Positions 35,900 to 47,005 of a stretch of 64,000 nucleotides of DNA are shown piece by piece. The notes under the pieces are model-generated. The model had not been told where the DNA came from. It worked only from the letters and a program-made list of their open reading frames with translations, and did not search any database. Both the position numbers and the translations under genes were made by a program. Origin of the DNA: Camelus ferus (lineage: Eukaryota); NCBI RefSeq assembly GCF_009834535.1, contig NC_045714.1:11408001-11472000 (forward strand), in the 5' to 3' direction. Position 1 is the first letter of the stretch. The number at the start of each line of letters is the position of its first letter.

Positions 35900-36800
35900 C
35901 CGGCCAGGTGAGGCTGGAAAAGGACACGCAAGGCGCGGACTTGCCGGCCTAATGCCCAGACCCTTACAGCAGTCCCCAAGAAGCCCCAAGGAACGTCAGA
36001 CGGCAGCTCCCTCCCTTCCGACCTCAGGAGGCCAGCCGGTGGGGGAAGGGTGGTACCTACCTCCCAAAAGCACCAGGACGCAAGCGTAGGGGAGCATGGC
36101 TGCGGGCATCCCGTCGGGGCTAGCAGGACGGCCCCCGGGGGCCTCCCTGATGCGGGCGCGGGTCTCTCCGGCAGCAGCGGATGCCGGCGGCCCGGCTGGG
36201 GTCCTGGGAAGAAGTTGCAAGGGCCCTGCGCCCCCCTCGGCGCTCACACGCGCTCACCCTCGCGGGCTGTTGATAGTTCTAAGTCGAGCTGCGCACTCAT
36301 AGGTCCAACTTTCCAGAAGAGGTGGAGACAGCTCCCAGCGTTGCGCGCACACCAGCGCAGCGCTCCCAGCCCTCTGGCGCGGCTCCTCCTGCCATTCAGA
36401 ACCCCTAGTCGACCCCCCTCCGCCCCCTGGTTCTTGCCTCCCCTCAAATCTTTGCAGCGAGCAAACTCTCCCTCAAATTCTTGTCCGGGCCAAGCCAGAA
36501 GGCGCTGTGCGCTCCTCCCACCAAAGCGCACGCCTATCCAGGCCGGTCCCTGGAAGGGCAGGAGGGTCAGGGGAAGCTCTTCCATGCCCCGCTGGGTCCT
36601 CAGACACCCAGGGCTTCTATTCAGGCCTTCCAGAGACTCTTGGAAAAGCTGCGTCAACTAGGAGCTGGGGGAGTGCAGGAGCGCAGTGAGAGTGGCCAAC
36701 CTGGGGCACCCGGCTGCCCGCAGCCGCTCCCTGTAATTAGCTCCAAAGAGCATGGGCACAAACAGTGTGGAGCCGACCAGGGCGGTCCCCCCACCCCTAC
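35900..36800. promoter_or_regulatory. CpG-island promoter / 5' leader of APCDD1L, probably bidirectional
   Basis: Very GC- and CpG-rich block surrounding the first coding exon, with no obvious TATA box. The TSS cannot be read from sequence. Confidence 0.8.
36061..36109 (-). CDS. APCDD1L: APCDD1L (APC down-regulated 1-like) first coding exon, signal-peptide N-terminus
   Basis: Minus strand reads ATG CCC GCA GCC ATG CTC CCC TAC GCT TGC GTC CTG GTG CTT TTG GGA G|GTAGGT = MPAAMLPYACVLVLLG plus 1 nt. This matches the human APCDD1L N-terminus as I recall it. ATG at 36109 has G at -3; the phase-1 GT donor starts at 36060; the exon lies in a CpG island. Confidence 0.93.
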
Positions 36801-38339
36801 CCCCAGCTCCTCCTCCTGCCACCCACCCCCACTCCCATCTGAGTCAGTCAGTTTAGGGTGACAGCTCAGAGGCAAGGCGGCTGGAAAGACGAGGAGGAGG
36901 GCAGACGGGGTGCCCCCACCCCAGGCCCTGGCCCTCCCCAGGCAGCTCCCGAGCGGCAGGCAAGCATCTGGGAAGGAGGATCTCCCAAGTTATTGGATTT
37001 AGGAATGAAGATGAGAGAGAGAATCACTTGGATTGGAAACATCTAACTGGATTGCTCCTACCTGCGGGGATTCTCTGGATAACGGAAGTACAGCTGTGGG
37101 GGGCGGGGTGGGGGCCTGAGGACTGTAGATCAAGGTGTCCGCATTGTCATCCTTAACTGTGTGACAGAGGGACAGAGAGAGAGGACACAGAACTGAGGAG
37201 AGAAAGGAGAGAAAGTAAAAGAAGTGGAAGAGAAAGAAAAGAAAGAGAAAAGGGGAGAAACAAAGGGAAAGAGAAAGGCAGAGACAAAGAACTACGGAGG
37301 AGGGGGACAGGCAGAAAGGGTGAAAAGGCGGGATCGTAAGAGCATGAGAAAGAGGAGGGGGAATAAGAGAGATGGAGATTGTCCCCTGGGAGGACTTGGG
37401 ACATGGGGACTGGGCTGTGCCCAGGGTGCACGTCCAGGCAGTTGACCTGCCCTCTGAAGGGCTTGCAGACCCGCCCATCCACATTTGTGGGCTGTGTGGC
37501 CCTGGGGGTCAGTAGACAGCACCCCAATTTTTGATTCCTCACCAGCTGGGGTGAGGCTCCCAGGGGGCCTCTGGAGCCTTTCAAATGCAACTTCAACCCA
37601 AGGACCCCCAACTGGGACCCCCAACCCCCCACCCTGGGCAGTCCTCAGCTGTCCTCTTCTCCAGAGGCAACAGAACAGCAGAAAGTGCAGAATGAGGCCA
37701 CAGCGTGATCTTACACAAATGGAAATGCGAGAGAAACGATCAATTCCCTTCCTGAAAATGACTTTTTTTTTTTTTTTTTTTTTTGGTCTCTATGGATTGC
37801 TGAGAACAGCTTGAGACTCGAGGTGGCCTTGCTGAAGCCACCAGCTCCGCCGCGGCAGACAGCGGCCGTGTGCCACATATTAAGTTTCCATGGAAGGGTT
37901 GACTTATGGGCAGAGGAGAGTTGCGAGGAGGGTGATTTATAATTGCATAATTGTGATTATTTGTGGCAATTATGTGCCTTTAAATTTTCAAAATTTACAA
38001 TTCTGGATAGTTTTGAAAACTGCACGCAATTCTGTCCATGACTCTTCGAGGCTGTGCTCTCCGGGCTTCCTGTGTGTGGGTATTTTTCCATCCCAGGCCG
38101 CCGATGGGGGCCTGAGCATTCACGGTGTGGCTGTGGGGAGGGCATTACGTCGCTGTCTCGGGTGGGGTCGTGACTCGGTCCTTTCAGAACCAACTGGAAA
38201 TGGAGCCTCCCCGCAGGGCATGGCGCTCCTGTGTTCGTTGCTGTGTTGGCTGATTTATAAAGAAGAGAGGAATGTCTGACAATAATGGAGAACTTGGTGT
38301 GGGCCGGGTGCTTTTGATGTATATATGCTTTATATCTGG

Positions 38340-38450
38340 ACAACCTGATGAGAAGTAGGAAGTCTCATTGGCCACATTTCACAGAACAGGGAAACTGAGT
38401 TCAGAGAGGTCAGGCCACTGTCCCAACGCCACACAGCTGGAAGGATGGCA
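38340..38450 (-). mobile_element. MIR SINE fragment
   Basis: cacatttcacagaacagggaaactgagttcagagaggt ... cccaacgccacacagctgg. Confidence 0.65.
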
Positions 38451-41410
38451 GAACTCCCGAGTCCCTGCTCATGTCTGTGATGCTCTGCGTTTCCCTGGGG
38501 TGCCCTCTTTCACTGTGCTGTTGGCCCCATCCTGAATCTGAAGCTCCTGGGTGAAAAAGCCTGTTCTATAGTAACAGCCTTTCTTGGAGAGGCTTAGGAA
38601 TGACAGGGAAACACTGTTCCCAAGTGCCGCCTAAGTCCCCTCTGTTGAGACTGAGAGTGACAGGTGGGACCCTCGCCCGCCCATCCCCGCCCATCCACAC
38701 ACTAAGGGTGGGTGGTGCCCAGGACGGCGGGAGAAGCGGGAAAGGGCATTCAAGGCCAACTGGGGCTGCTCTCCGGGCTTCACAGGTGGATGCACGGGGC
38801 CGATAGGCTACCTGTTCAATGCAGATTTTTTTCCAAAAAAAAAAAAAAGCAAAGGAAATGAATAAATAGTGTTTGAGCAAGACTCCCTTCGGTCACCAGG
38901 AGGTCAAACAAAAGAGAGACAAAGAACCAAAGCTAAAACTTGATTTGACTTCAAACATAGATATTTATTTTTAAACAAAAAAAAAATTTTTTTTTATGTT
39001 GTCCAGTCCTTGCATTTTGCTGGAAGGAGGGTCCTTGATTCCTGACCCTTCCTTATCTACAGAGCCATCACCCGAGAACGTGGAAATGGTGGTGATTATT
39101 AGGTTGTTTGGGGGACAAGCCAATTATTTCTTGAGCCCCAGCTCTGCTGGCCACGAGGCGCAGCCATGGGCAGCATGGTGTTTTGGCCTCCGCAGCTGGG
39201 CTTTTCTGGGTTGTTAATTGCAGGGCCCTCCCCAAGTGATCAGAGCTGCAGGGGGTGTGGTGGACACAGGGTGGGCTTTTGGGGAGCCGTGCACAGCTGA
39301 GTGAGGGAGGTGGCCAGGAGCCAGATGTCCCGGGTGGAAGTGGGCAGCCGGTGAGTGTTTATCTCCCACCCGACCCTCCCGCCAAATCAAAGTCGGGGTG
39401 GACCGAAAGGAGAGTGTTGCAGACTAGGCCTCTTTCTTCCCTCTCCAGCAAGCACCTACCTCCTCATCCTTGTCCCTGTTAAGAACACCACGGGAGGATA
39501 AGATCACCCCACAAAGTCTTGCTATAAAACGGTCTGTTTCCTCTGTATGTTATTAGGGGCGTCTGATCAAAGACGCGGTGCCGGGGCCTGGTTATCTAGT
39601 AACCAAATAGACATCCAGGTCGGCTTCCCTAGCTGGGTGAGGCAAGCGGAGGCTATTCTGGATGAAGTGAGGGACGGATCAGAGCAGGCAGGACCCCCAC
39701 CCTCCCCGTGGTGACCACTCCTGCCTACAGAGGATCTCATTGGCTGGCCCTGGAGTCACCCAGACCCTCACTGCCACCCCTATGTTTCAGATGGAGAGAA
39801 GGAGGCAGGGAACTCATGTTCCTGCCCCTCCGGGAGAGCCCAGCGTCACGGGGTAACTGACGCCCCTTGTCCCCTCTGGTAATTGCCACGGCGTCAGTCT
39901 CCCCCGCCACTGCGCTGGTGCGCCGCTCTGCCTGCTGTGCCCAGCACACGCCATGTGTGTCGGGGGGCTCGCTACATTCTACTGAATGAATGAATGGTCA
40001 AATAGACTATCACAGAAGGAGCACTGGGTTCACGTCAGAAGACTTGATCGCAAGCTTAACGCTCCCACTCAGCCGCTCAGCAGGGCCGGGGCCAGGGCGA
40101 GGAAGCTGGGGCCGAAAACCAGAGGGGCGCTCACTCTCAGGCCCTGCAGGTGCAGGGTGGGTGCCCGCAAGTGAGCTCCTCCTCATATTTTGAGCCTGGG
40201 GTGCGTCACTGGGCTCCCTCCAGTCCCAGCCCTGCAACTCAGTCCGTCTCAGTTTCCTCCTCTGTAAAATGGGGAGAGTACCCACGCTACCCTGTAAGAT
40301 TCAGGAGACAATCCTCAGAGGGTTTGGGGAGGATCCTGAGAGGTGATACCAGTAAAGCTGTCAGCGTGGGCCTGGTGGGTCCTTGGTCCTTGGTAAGATG
40401 GCGGCCGTTTCCATTTGTGAATGAGTCCCCCGAACACGGAGATTTGTGACTCCCATGTGCCCAAGACCCTGTGTTGGGCTCAGTCCTCAGGGCGTTGGAG
40501 CTGGGAGAGCCTCAGGAGATCAGCTAGTTCACTCATTTTCCAATGGTTCCCTGGAGGCCTGCTTGTGAGGAGGAGACGGGAAGGAGGCAGGCTCAGGGCT
40601 CTGAGCTCTCCCGCCACCCTGGCCCAGCCTGTCTTGCCTTCATCCTAGTGTCTTTGTCCAGGAGGGGAGTGGCGGCCAGCTAGGTGTCTGTCAAACGTGG
40701 GGACTGCAAGCAGGGGTCCTTGATGCTGTCGGGGAGACAAACGAGATACACACACGAGGATACACAGAGATCTAGAAAGTGTAGTGTCTCAGGAAAGAAG
40801 TGGGCAGCGGACGGGTTTATGCATGTAAGCTCCAAACAGCGGACCTGCACGCATAGGTTTTCCAACGCAATACATCAGACAGACTCGAGGGAGGGGCTGC
40901 TTTAGGGGGAGAAGAGGGAACAGGGCATGGAGATGGGGCGGGAGGGAAAAATGGATAAAAGACAGCACATGACAGTCCTTACACTGACCCAGGTTATCGG
41001 TGCGTCATGAACTCAGTAATGTTATCGCAACTTTCTGCTTTGAGTCCAAAAACTAAGATCAGCAAGAGAGGGCGGACACCCCTGACTCCCCTTCCTGAAC
41101 ATGGGGCTCCTGAGTCACAGCGAGGGGCGCAGGGACCCCTAAGGTGGTTCTTCCCGCAGCATCTCTGTCTAGACCCCAGCACGCTGTGTGGGGTCCATCT
41201 CCTCTTACCTCCAAGTGCTGGCAGAAGAGCTGCCCAGACCGGGGTCTCCCCCTTCCATGGCCATCGGCCCCCCTTCCCAGCCCCCAAATGGGCGGTGAGA
41301 AGGCAAACTTAGTGTGATGATTCCTCTGTTTTGAGGCGCTTTTGTCAGAGGAAGAAAATGGAGAAAGAAAAGTTGGGGGACGTGCATAGCTTCAGACTGT
41401 TGATTTTTTT

Positions 41411-41528
41411 TGTGGGGAGGGAGTAATCAGGTTTATTTATTTATGTTTAGAGGAGGTACTGGGGATTGAACCCAGGACCTCTGCATGCTAAGCATGCGCT
41501 CTACCACTTGAGCTGTACCCTCCTCCCT
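41411..41528 (-). mobile_element. tRNA-Ala-derived SINE (vic-1 type)
   Basis: Reverse complement: gagggtacagctcaagtggtagagcgcatgcttagcatgcagaggtcctgggttcaatccccagtacctcc, followed by (aaat)n. TSD tgttgattttttt at ~41398-41410 and ~41529-41541. Confidence 0.92.
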
Positions 41529-44500
41529 TGTTGATTTTTTTTAATAGTAAAGTTTATGGTTATGTCCCAATTAGAAAAATCAGTATACGCTCCTAACGTA
41601 GCATTTAAAAAGCACAGTTTATTTCTCTCCCATTATAGTGTTAATAGTGTTCCTAATATATTTTTTGAAAAATACAAAGTAGAATAAAAATGAGAGTCCT
41701 TTGGAGTCTGACCACGCAGGGACCAGCCTGGCTGACCCTGGGATGTACGACTTTCTGCTCCGTTTATATACAGATTTTCCCATCGGGGGTCAAATTTAAT
41801 AATGTGAAAGTCTAAATAAACCACTCATTCCCCAACTTCATCTTTGGGCTTAATTTTCCAGCCTTTAAGGAACTGTCAGATGCAACGCCACGGTGGGAAG
41901 GGAGACAAGAGGACAGAAAGCCAAGTCATATTCTTTTTCAGCCCAAGTGTCCTGGATGTTGAATTTTCTCTTGTTTTGTTTTGTTTGTTTTGTTTTGTTT
42001 GAGCCTTTCCACATGTTAGGCAGCTGTTTGTAAACTTTACCCTGCTTCTGATTTCAGCCTGGAAGCAGCAAACTGATTTTAAATAGAAATACGTTGAGGC
42101 TGGTGTTGTTTGGGGGTTGAAAAATCCATTCAAAGGTGCCCCCCCTCATCAACTGCCAAGTTGGGGTTTTATGGCTAGTTCATTACATCAGTAGAAGAGC
42201 TTTGGTGCATCGCCAGGGGAGCAGGTGAGCTGCAGTCCAGGTGCACAGACACTTGGGGGTGGGGTGGGGGGAGCACGCAAGCGCTCAGGGAACAGCCCGA
42301 GGAGAGCTTACTCTTTCTTTCCTTTTTTTTTTTCAGTTTACAATTAACATTCACAGTTTAGTCTCCACCCTTCCTCTTGAAATGGAATTTTTATCTCTTG
42401 ATTCATGCTACGAGATAAAATCCCTATTTATCCAGTTGCATGAATAATTGATAAGCTCTTTCCAACCTGCCAGAAGCAACTTCGCAGCCTCGCCTTGAGG
42501 CCTGGAACCCCTGGCAATTTCCGGAGCAGCGGCGAGAGCCCTTCGCCCGGTTTCTGCTTGGAGTCCACCGACTTTTGGTCTCAGGGGTGGGGTTTATCTC
42601 TTGATCCAGATTCGAGAGTTACCGGTTAGGTACCTAGGGTTCCAGCGTTGGGGATGAGGGGGGCGGGGGAGGCATGTCAGCATCCGCTTAGATTTTCTGA
42701 AATCGCGTGTGACAGGTGTGGATTCCGCTGGGAGCCTCCTGGCTGGCGGTTTCAGAGTTCACGGCATTAATTAACTCTAATCTGTTCCCTGATAGTTTAA
42801 ACCAGACCCAAGATGTGAAGGTATTTTCTTTCCTAATATTAAATGGGCTTAATGAGATAGCAAAGAGGGCCTGCGTCTCGCCTCCTTAATGCACTTGGCT
42901 CTCTGGCCGTGTTTATATGATAAAGGCAGTGGGGTGTTACTTATGCGCTTAGGTGGGGTTTATCCTTTTTAAACAGGTCTGGACAGCTACCTGTTATATT
43001 TGGCTCAAGCCAGCTTAAAAAAAGACTCTACAGAGTGTACTGCAGAATGTCTCAGTTCTGCAGCGCCAAGGTAAACGTGACTTGGGGTGAGGGTGCAAAA
43101 TGCCCCTAAGGAAAACGGTTAACAAGGTAGTGTTCCTTCCTCTCCCCCCACCCCTAGAGTCTTCCCATTGGGTCTCCAGGTGGCAAGCACTTGGGTCTGA
43201 CGCAGCTGAGATTGTCCCTGCCTTGTGGCTGGCGGGGTCTCACACTGAAACCTGCTGAGAGGTGCTGGCTTCCGAGTCTCCTGGGAGCTGTGCCGTCCTA
43301 CCTCGCCGTGGGGGGAGCGGGGCTTTGATTTAAGCCGCTCTCATTTATCAACCACACCGTTCATTCTGTTTTCTCTTTCATTTGCAGAAGGTGGAGAGAA
43401 AATGAATCAGAAGCCCCCTTTTTTTTTTCTTTCTGGCCCATTTCCCCAAAGCTCCAGGAAATTAAGAAACATGCCATGGGTTTTAGCACACAATTTAAGC
43501 CAACTCAAACCAGATCTCCCACCAAAGACCTAGGATCTGGATGAGACCCCAGTAGTGATTCTGGTCCTCAACATTCTGGATGCTGAGGGAAGCGGAGGAT
43601 GTGCCAGGGAATGGAAAGCAGGGGAAGCTGGGGGGCATCTGCTTGCCGTCACTGACCCCCCCTCCTCCCCATAGCGGGCCTTTCCTTGGAAGCTGGTCTC
43701 CAACAGCGCAGGGGGGCCTACTCCTGCCCCACTTAAATCCGCATGTTCCTGCTATGTCTCTAGGCTGTGTGGTTTTTTGGGAAGTAGAGTGTGTAGTGAG
43801 TTTCAACTGTACTAAAAATGTTAACAGGGGGACCTCTGCCCCAGCGTGGACATGGTGGAACGCAGGTCCCACGGGCCTCTGCTGGTGGGGGCTGTGCAAC
43901 CTCACGAGGGCGATTTTGGTGCTTAAGGTGCATGTTTTGCCGGACCACACTGCTGGGTCTCCAGTGGCCGTGCTGAGTGAGAAGATGTGTGCATAGCTGC
44001 AGTCCTGGTGCTTGGCCCAAAGTGAGTGTCGGATGGCGTTGGCTTGTGATGCCAATGATGAGGATGATGACAATGAGCAGGAGGAGGCAGGACATGAGGA
44101 GGGGACAGTTCTGGCTCCAGCCCAGCCAAAGGGCTCACCACCGGTGAGACCTAGGTCAGTTCCTGTCTCCCCTCGGACTTGGATTATTCACCAATAAAGC
44201 ATCCAACGTGCATGGGAGGGAGGTGAGACGGGTAAAGTGTGGCTCTTGATCTTGAGATAGTGATACCCCACAACTTCTGGTCTCCCTTGGTTGCAAGTTT
44301 CTTTCCTCTCTTTTTTTTTTTTTTCCTCTAATTCCAACATAAAATACATTCCTATTACAGAAAACTGTTAGAAGCAGAGAGGCATCCCCAGGAAGACCAG
44401 AGTGTCTGCTCATCCTTCAGTCATTCATTCAACAGGCCCTTGCTGGGGGTGGGATGTGGGGGAAGAGCCTGTGGTGGGGATGGAACCAAGACTTGGGCTT

Positions 44501-46240
44501 TTGCATAGACATCGATGAGTCGATTCTAAAATGCATAGAATTATTTGACTGGATTGTGTTGACACTGTAAATTGGTTTTATAAGAGCTGACGTCTTGTCT
44601 TCCCATCCATTGACATGGCGTATGTCTCCATTAACTGAGGTCTTTGATTTCCTTTGTTACCATTTTTTGATTGTCAGCATTAAGAGTTTATGTGTATTTT
44701 GTAAGATTCATACCTAATTATTCATGGATTGGGTGCTGTTGTAAATGATACCTTAAAATGTTTCAATTTCCAATTGTTCATTGAAAGTGTTTACAAATAC
44801 AACTAATTCTTGTACATGGACCTTGTATCCTAGGACCTCACTAAAACTCGTTTTCTAGTTTTTGTAACATTTAAAATAGATTCTTCGGAATTTTTTATGT
44901 GATAGTTACATACAGACACTTTTATTTCTTCCTTTTCAGTGAGGACACCCTTTCCCCTGGACTGACTTACTGCACAGCACGGTACTGAGCAGGAATGACG
45001 ATGGCCAATACCCCTGCCTGGTTCTTGATCTTGGGGGTAAGGCATTTAGTCTTTCACTCTGATGCATGGTGTTAGCTGCAGGTTGTTTGTGGCTTCCCTT
45101 TATCAGTTTAGATGCTTTTCTAGTCCTTGTTTTCTAAGAGTTTTTTTTTTTTTTAAATCATGGATGTATGTTTATAAAGTGCTTTTTCTGCATCTTTTGT
45201 GATGATCGTATGATTTTTTTTTTCTCTAACCTGCTGATATGGTGAGTTTCATTGACTGATTTTGGAATATTGAACCAGCCTTCATTACTGGAATAAACTC
45301 CACTTGACTGTGATGAATTATCCTTCTTATATGTTGTTGGATTTACTTGTATTTTGTTGAAGATTATAATCTATATTCATGGCAGTTATTCGTCTGTAGT
45401 TTTCTTTTGTTGTAACGTCTTCGCCTGATTTTGGTATCCGAGTAACGCTGGTTTCATAAAACGAGTTGGGAAGTGTTCCTGCTTGTTTTGTATTCCAGGA
45501 GGTTATTATCTCTTTCTTAAATATTTGGTAGAATTCACACTGGAAGCCATCTGGGCCTGGGGTTTTCTTTTATAAAAGGTTTTAACTGAATGTTTCATTT
45601 ATTTCATAGATAAAGGGCTATTCAGGTTATTGTTTTTTTTTTTTTTTTTCTGAATGAGCTTTGGAAGTTTGTGTCTTTCAAGGAATTCCTCAATTTCATC
45701 TAAGTGGTCAGATTTGTAATATTCCCTTATTATCTTTTGATCTTTGCAATGTGATGTCCAGTCTTTCATTCCTGGTATTGATAATCTGTATTATTCTATT
45801 TTGCTATTGATTATTCTGGTTAGAGGTTTATCAGCTTTATTTTTTTTCAAAGAAGCACCTTTGGGTTTCATTTATTTTCTCTATTATTTCTCTGTTCTCA
45901 ATTTCAGTAGTTTCTGTTTCCTATTATTTCCATCCTTCTGTTTATGATTCTATTTTATCTTCACTATTGGTCTATTATTTATATCTTTAAATGAATTTTT
46001 AGGGATTGCCCTAGGTTTTAGAATAGAAATCTTTAATTAAAAATCCTAACTTCAAATAAAATGATACTGCTTTATGTCTGGTCGAGGAATCTCACACCAA
46101 CATGCTAATCAATTCTTCCTTCAAATGCTTTCTGCCATTGATGTCAAGTATTTACCTTTTGCGTGTGGCACGGACACACACAGCTCGCCGCCGCTTTGCC
46201 TTTGGCTACGACTCTTTTGAAAATCATCTATGTTTCAGAG

Positions 46241-47005
46241 CAGGAGTTGGCAAACATTTTCTGTTAAGAGTCAGAGAGTAAATATTTTAGGTTTTGCAGG
46301 CCTTATGGTTTTTGTCACAATGCCTCGACTCTACCATTAGAGTGTGAAAGTGAGGCGGGAAGCCCCATAAAAAGACCGGCAGGACCCCTAGGCAGGGCCG
46401 CTGCTCTCCTCTTAGCACCGTCGGGTTCCCTGGCCCAGAGCCTCTATCTCACTTTCTGCCTCTAAAGCGGCTAACTTACACCTAGAATTCTATTGGTTCC
46501 CTGAGCTCACTTCTGATTGGTTATTTCCTTCACTCTTGATTGGTTATTACACTCACTGCTGATTAGTTATTACTTTCACTTCTGATTGGTCGACTTCCCT
46601 AACTTCTGATTGGTCCATTTGTAGTACTTCATTTGCATGGAGCTCACTCCTGATTGGGCTATTTCTACAAAGCTTGTTCCTGGTTGGTCAACTTCTGTTA
46701 TACTTTATTTGCATACGATGTTGCAAAGTGTAAAACTGGCAGCCTATAAAAGGCCTGTGTAAACCTACAGACGTGGTCCAGAGTTTGAAGTGTTACCTTT
46801 TCTGGTCCTATCGAGTTCTCCAACTCTCCGAGTGCTTGGTCTCTTGCCGGAATCCAGGTTGCTGTCGCAACTCAGCTGTAACACCGAGCTGTAACACGTT
46901 TTTCCACAACAAAAGCAGCTGTAGGCAATATATGGGTGAGTTTTATAAATTTGATATAAGTTTATTTACAAAAACAGGCAGGGGGTGGTACATGGCCCAC
47001 AGGCT
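46241..47005. mobile_element. MER58A (hAT-Charlie) split by the solo LTR (pieces 46241-46350 and 46912-~47005)
   Basis: caggagttggcaaacattttctgttaagagtcagagagtaaatattttaggttttgcaggcc, resuming after the LTR as aaagcagctgtaggcaata ... tttatttacaaaaacaggc ... ggcccacaggc. Confidence 0.85.
46351..46911 (+). mobile_element. ERV1-class solo LTR (561 bp) with CCAAT-box array
   Basis: TG...CA ends with a perfect 4-bp TSD AAAG (46347-46350, 46912-46915). Repeated ctgattgg, ATTTGCAT x2 and TATAAAA at 46745. Orientation inferred from the TATA position. Confidence 0.9.

Larger units (their letters stand above)
1..36060 (-). other. APCDD1L: APCDD1L intron 1 (continues beyond the window start)
   Basis: GTAGGT donor at 36060-36055. 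By eye I found no sequence encoding the expected exon 2 peptide ([21 protein letters not shown]...), consistent with the long first intron I recall for the human gene. Confidence 0.75.

Noticed and set aside
36050-36661. 203-aa + strand ORF antisense to APCDD1L exon 1
   Set aside because: Lies in the CpG island where stops are rare, begins at GTG, and has no recognisable domain.
43495-44073. Overlapping 192-, 138- and 111-aa ORFs
   Set aside because: Open on both strands with no recognisable family; consistent with chance in GC-rich DNA.
46490-46690. Regularly spaced ctgattgg repeats as a CRISPR-like array
   Set aside because: Eukaryotic DNA inside a TSD-bounded LTR; the units are degenerate tandem copies rather than repeats with unique spacers; no cas genes.
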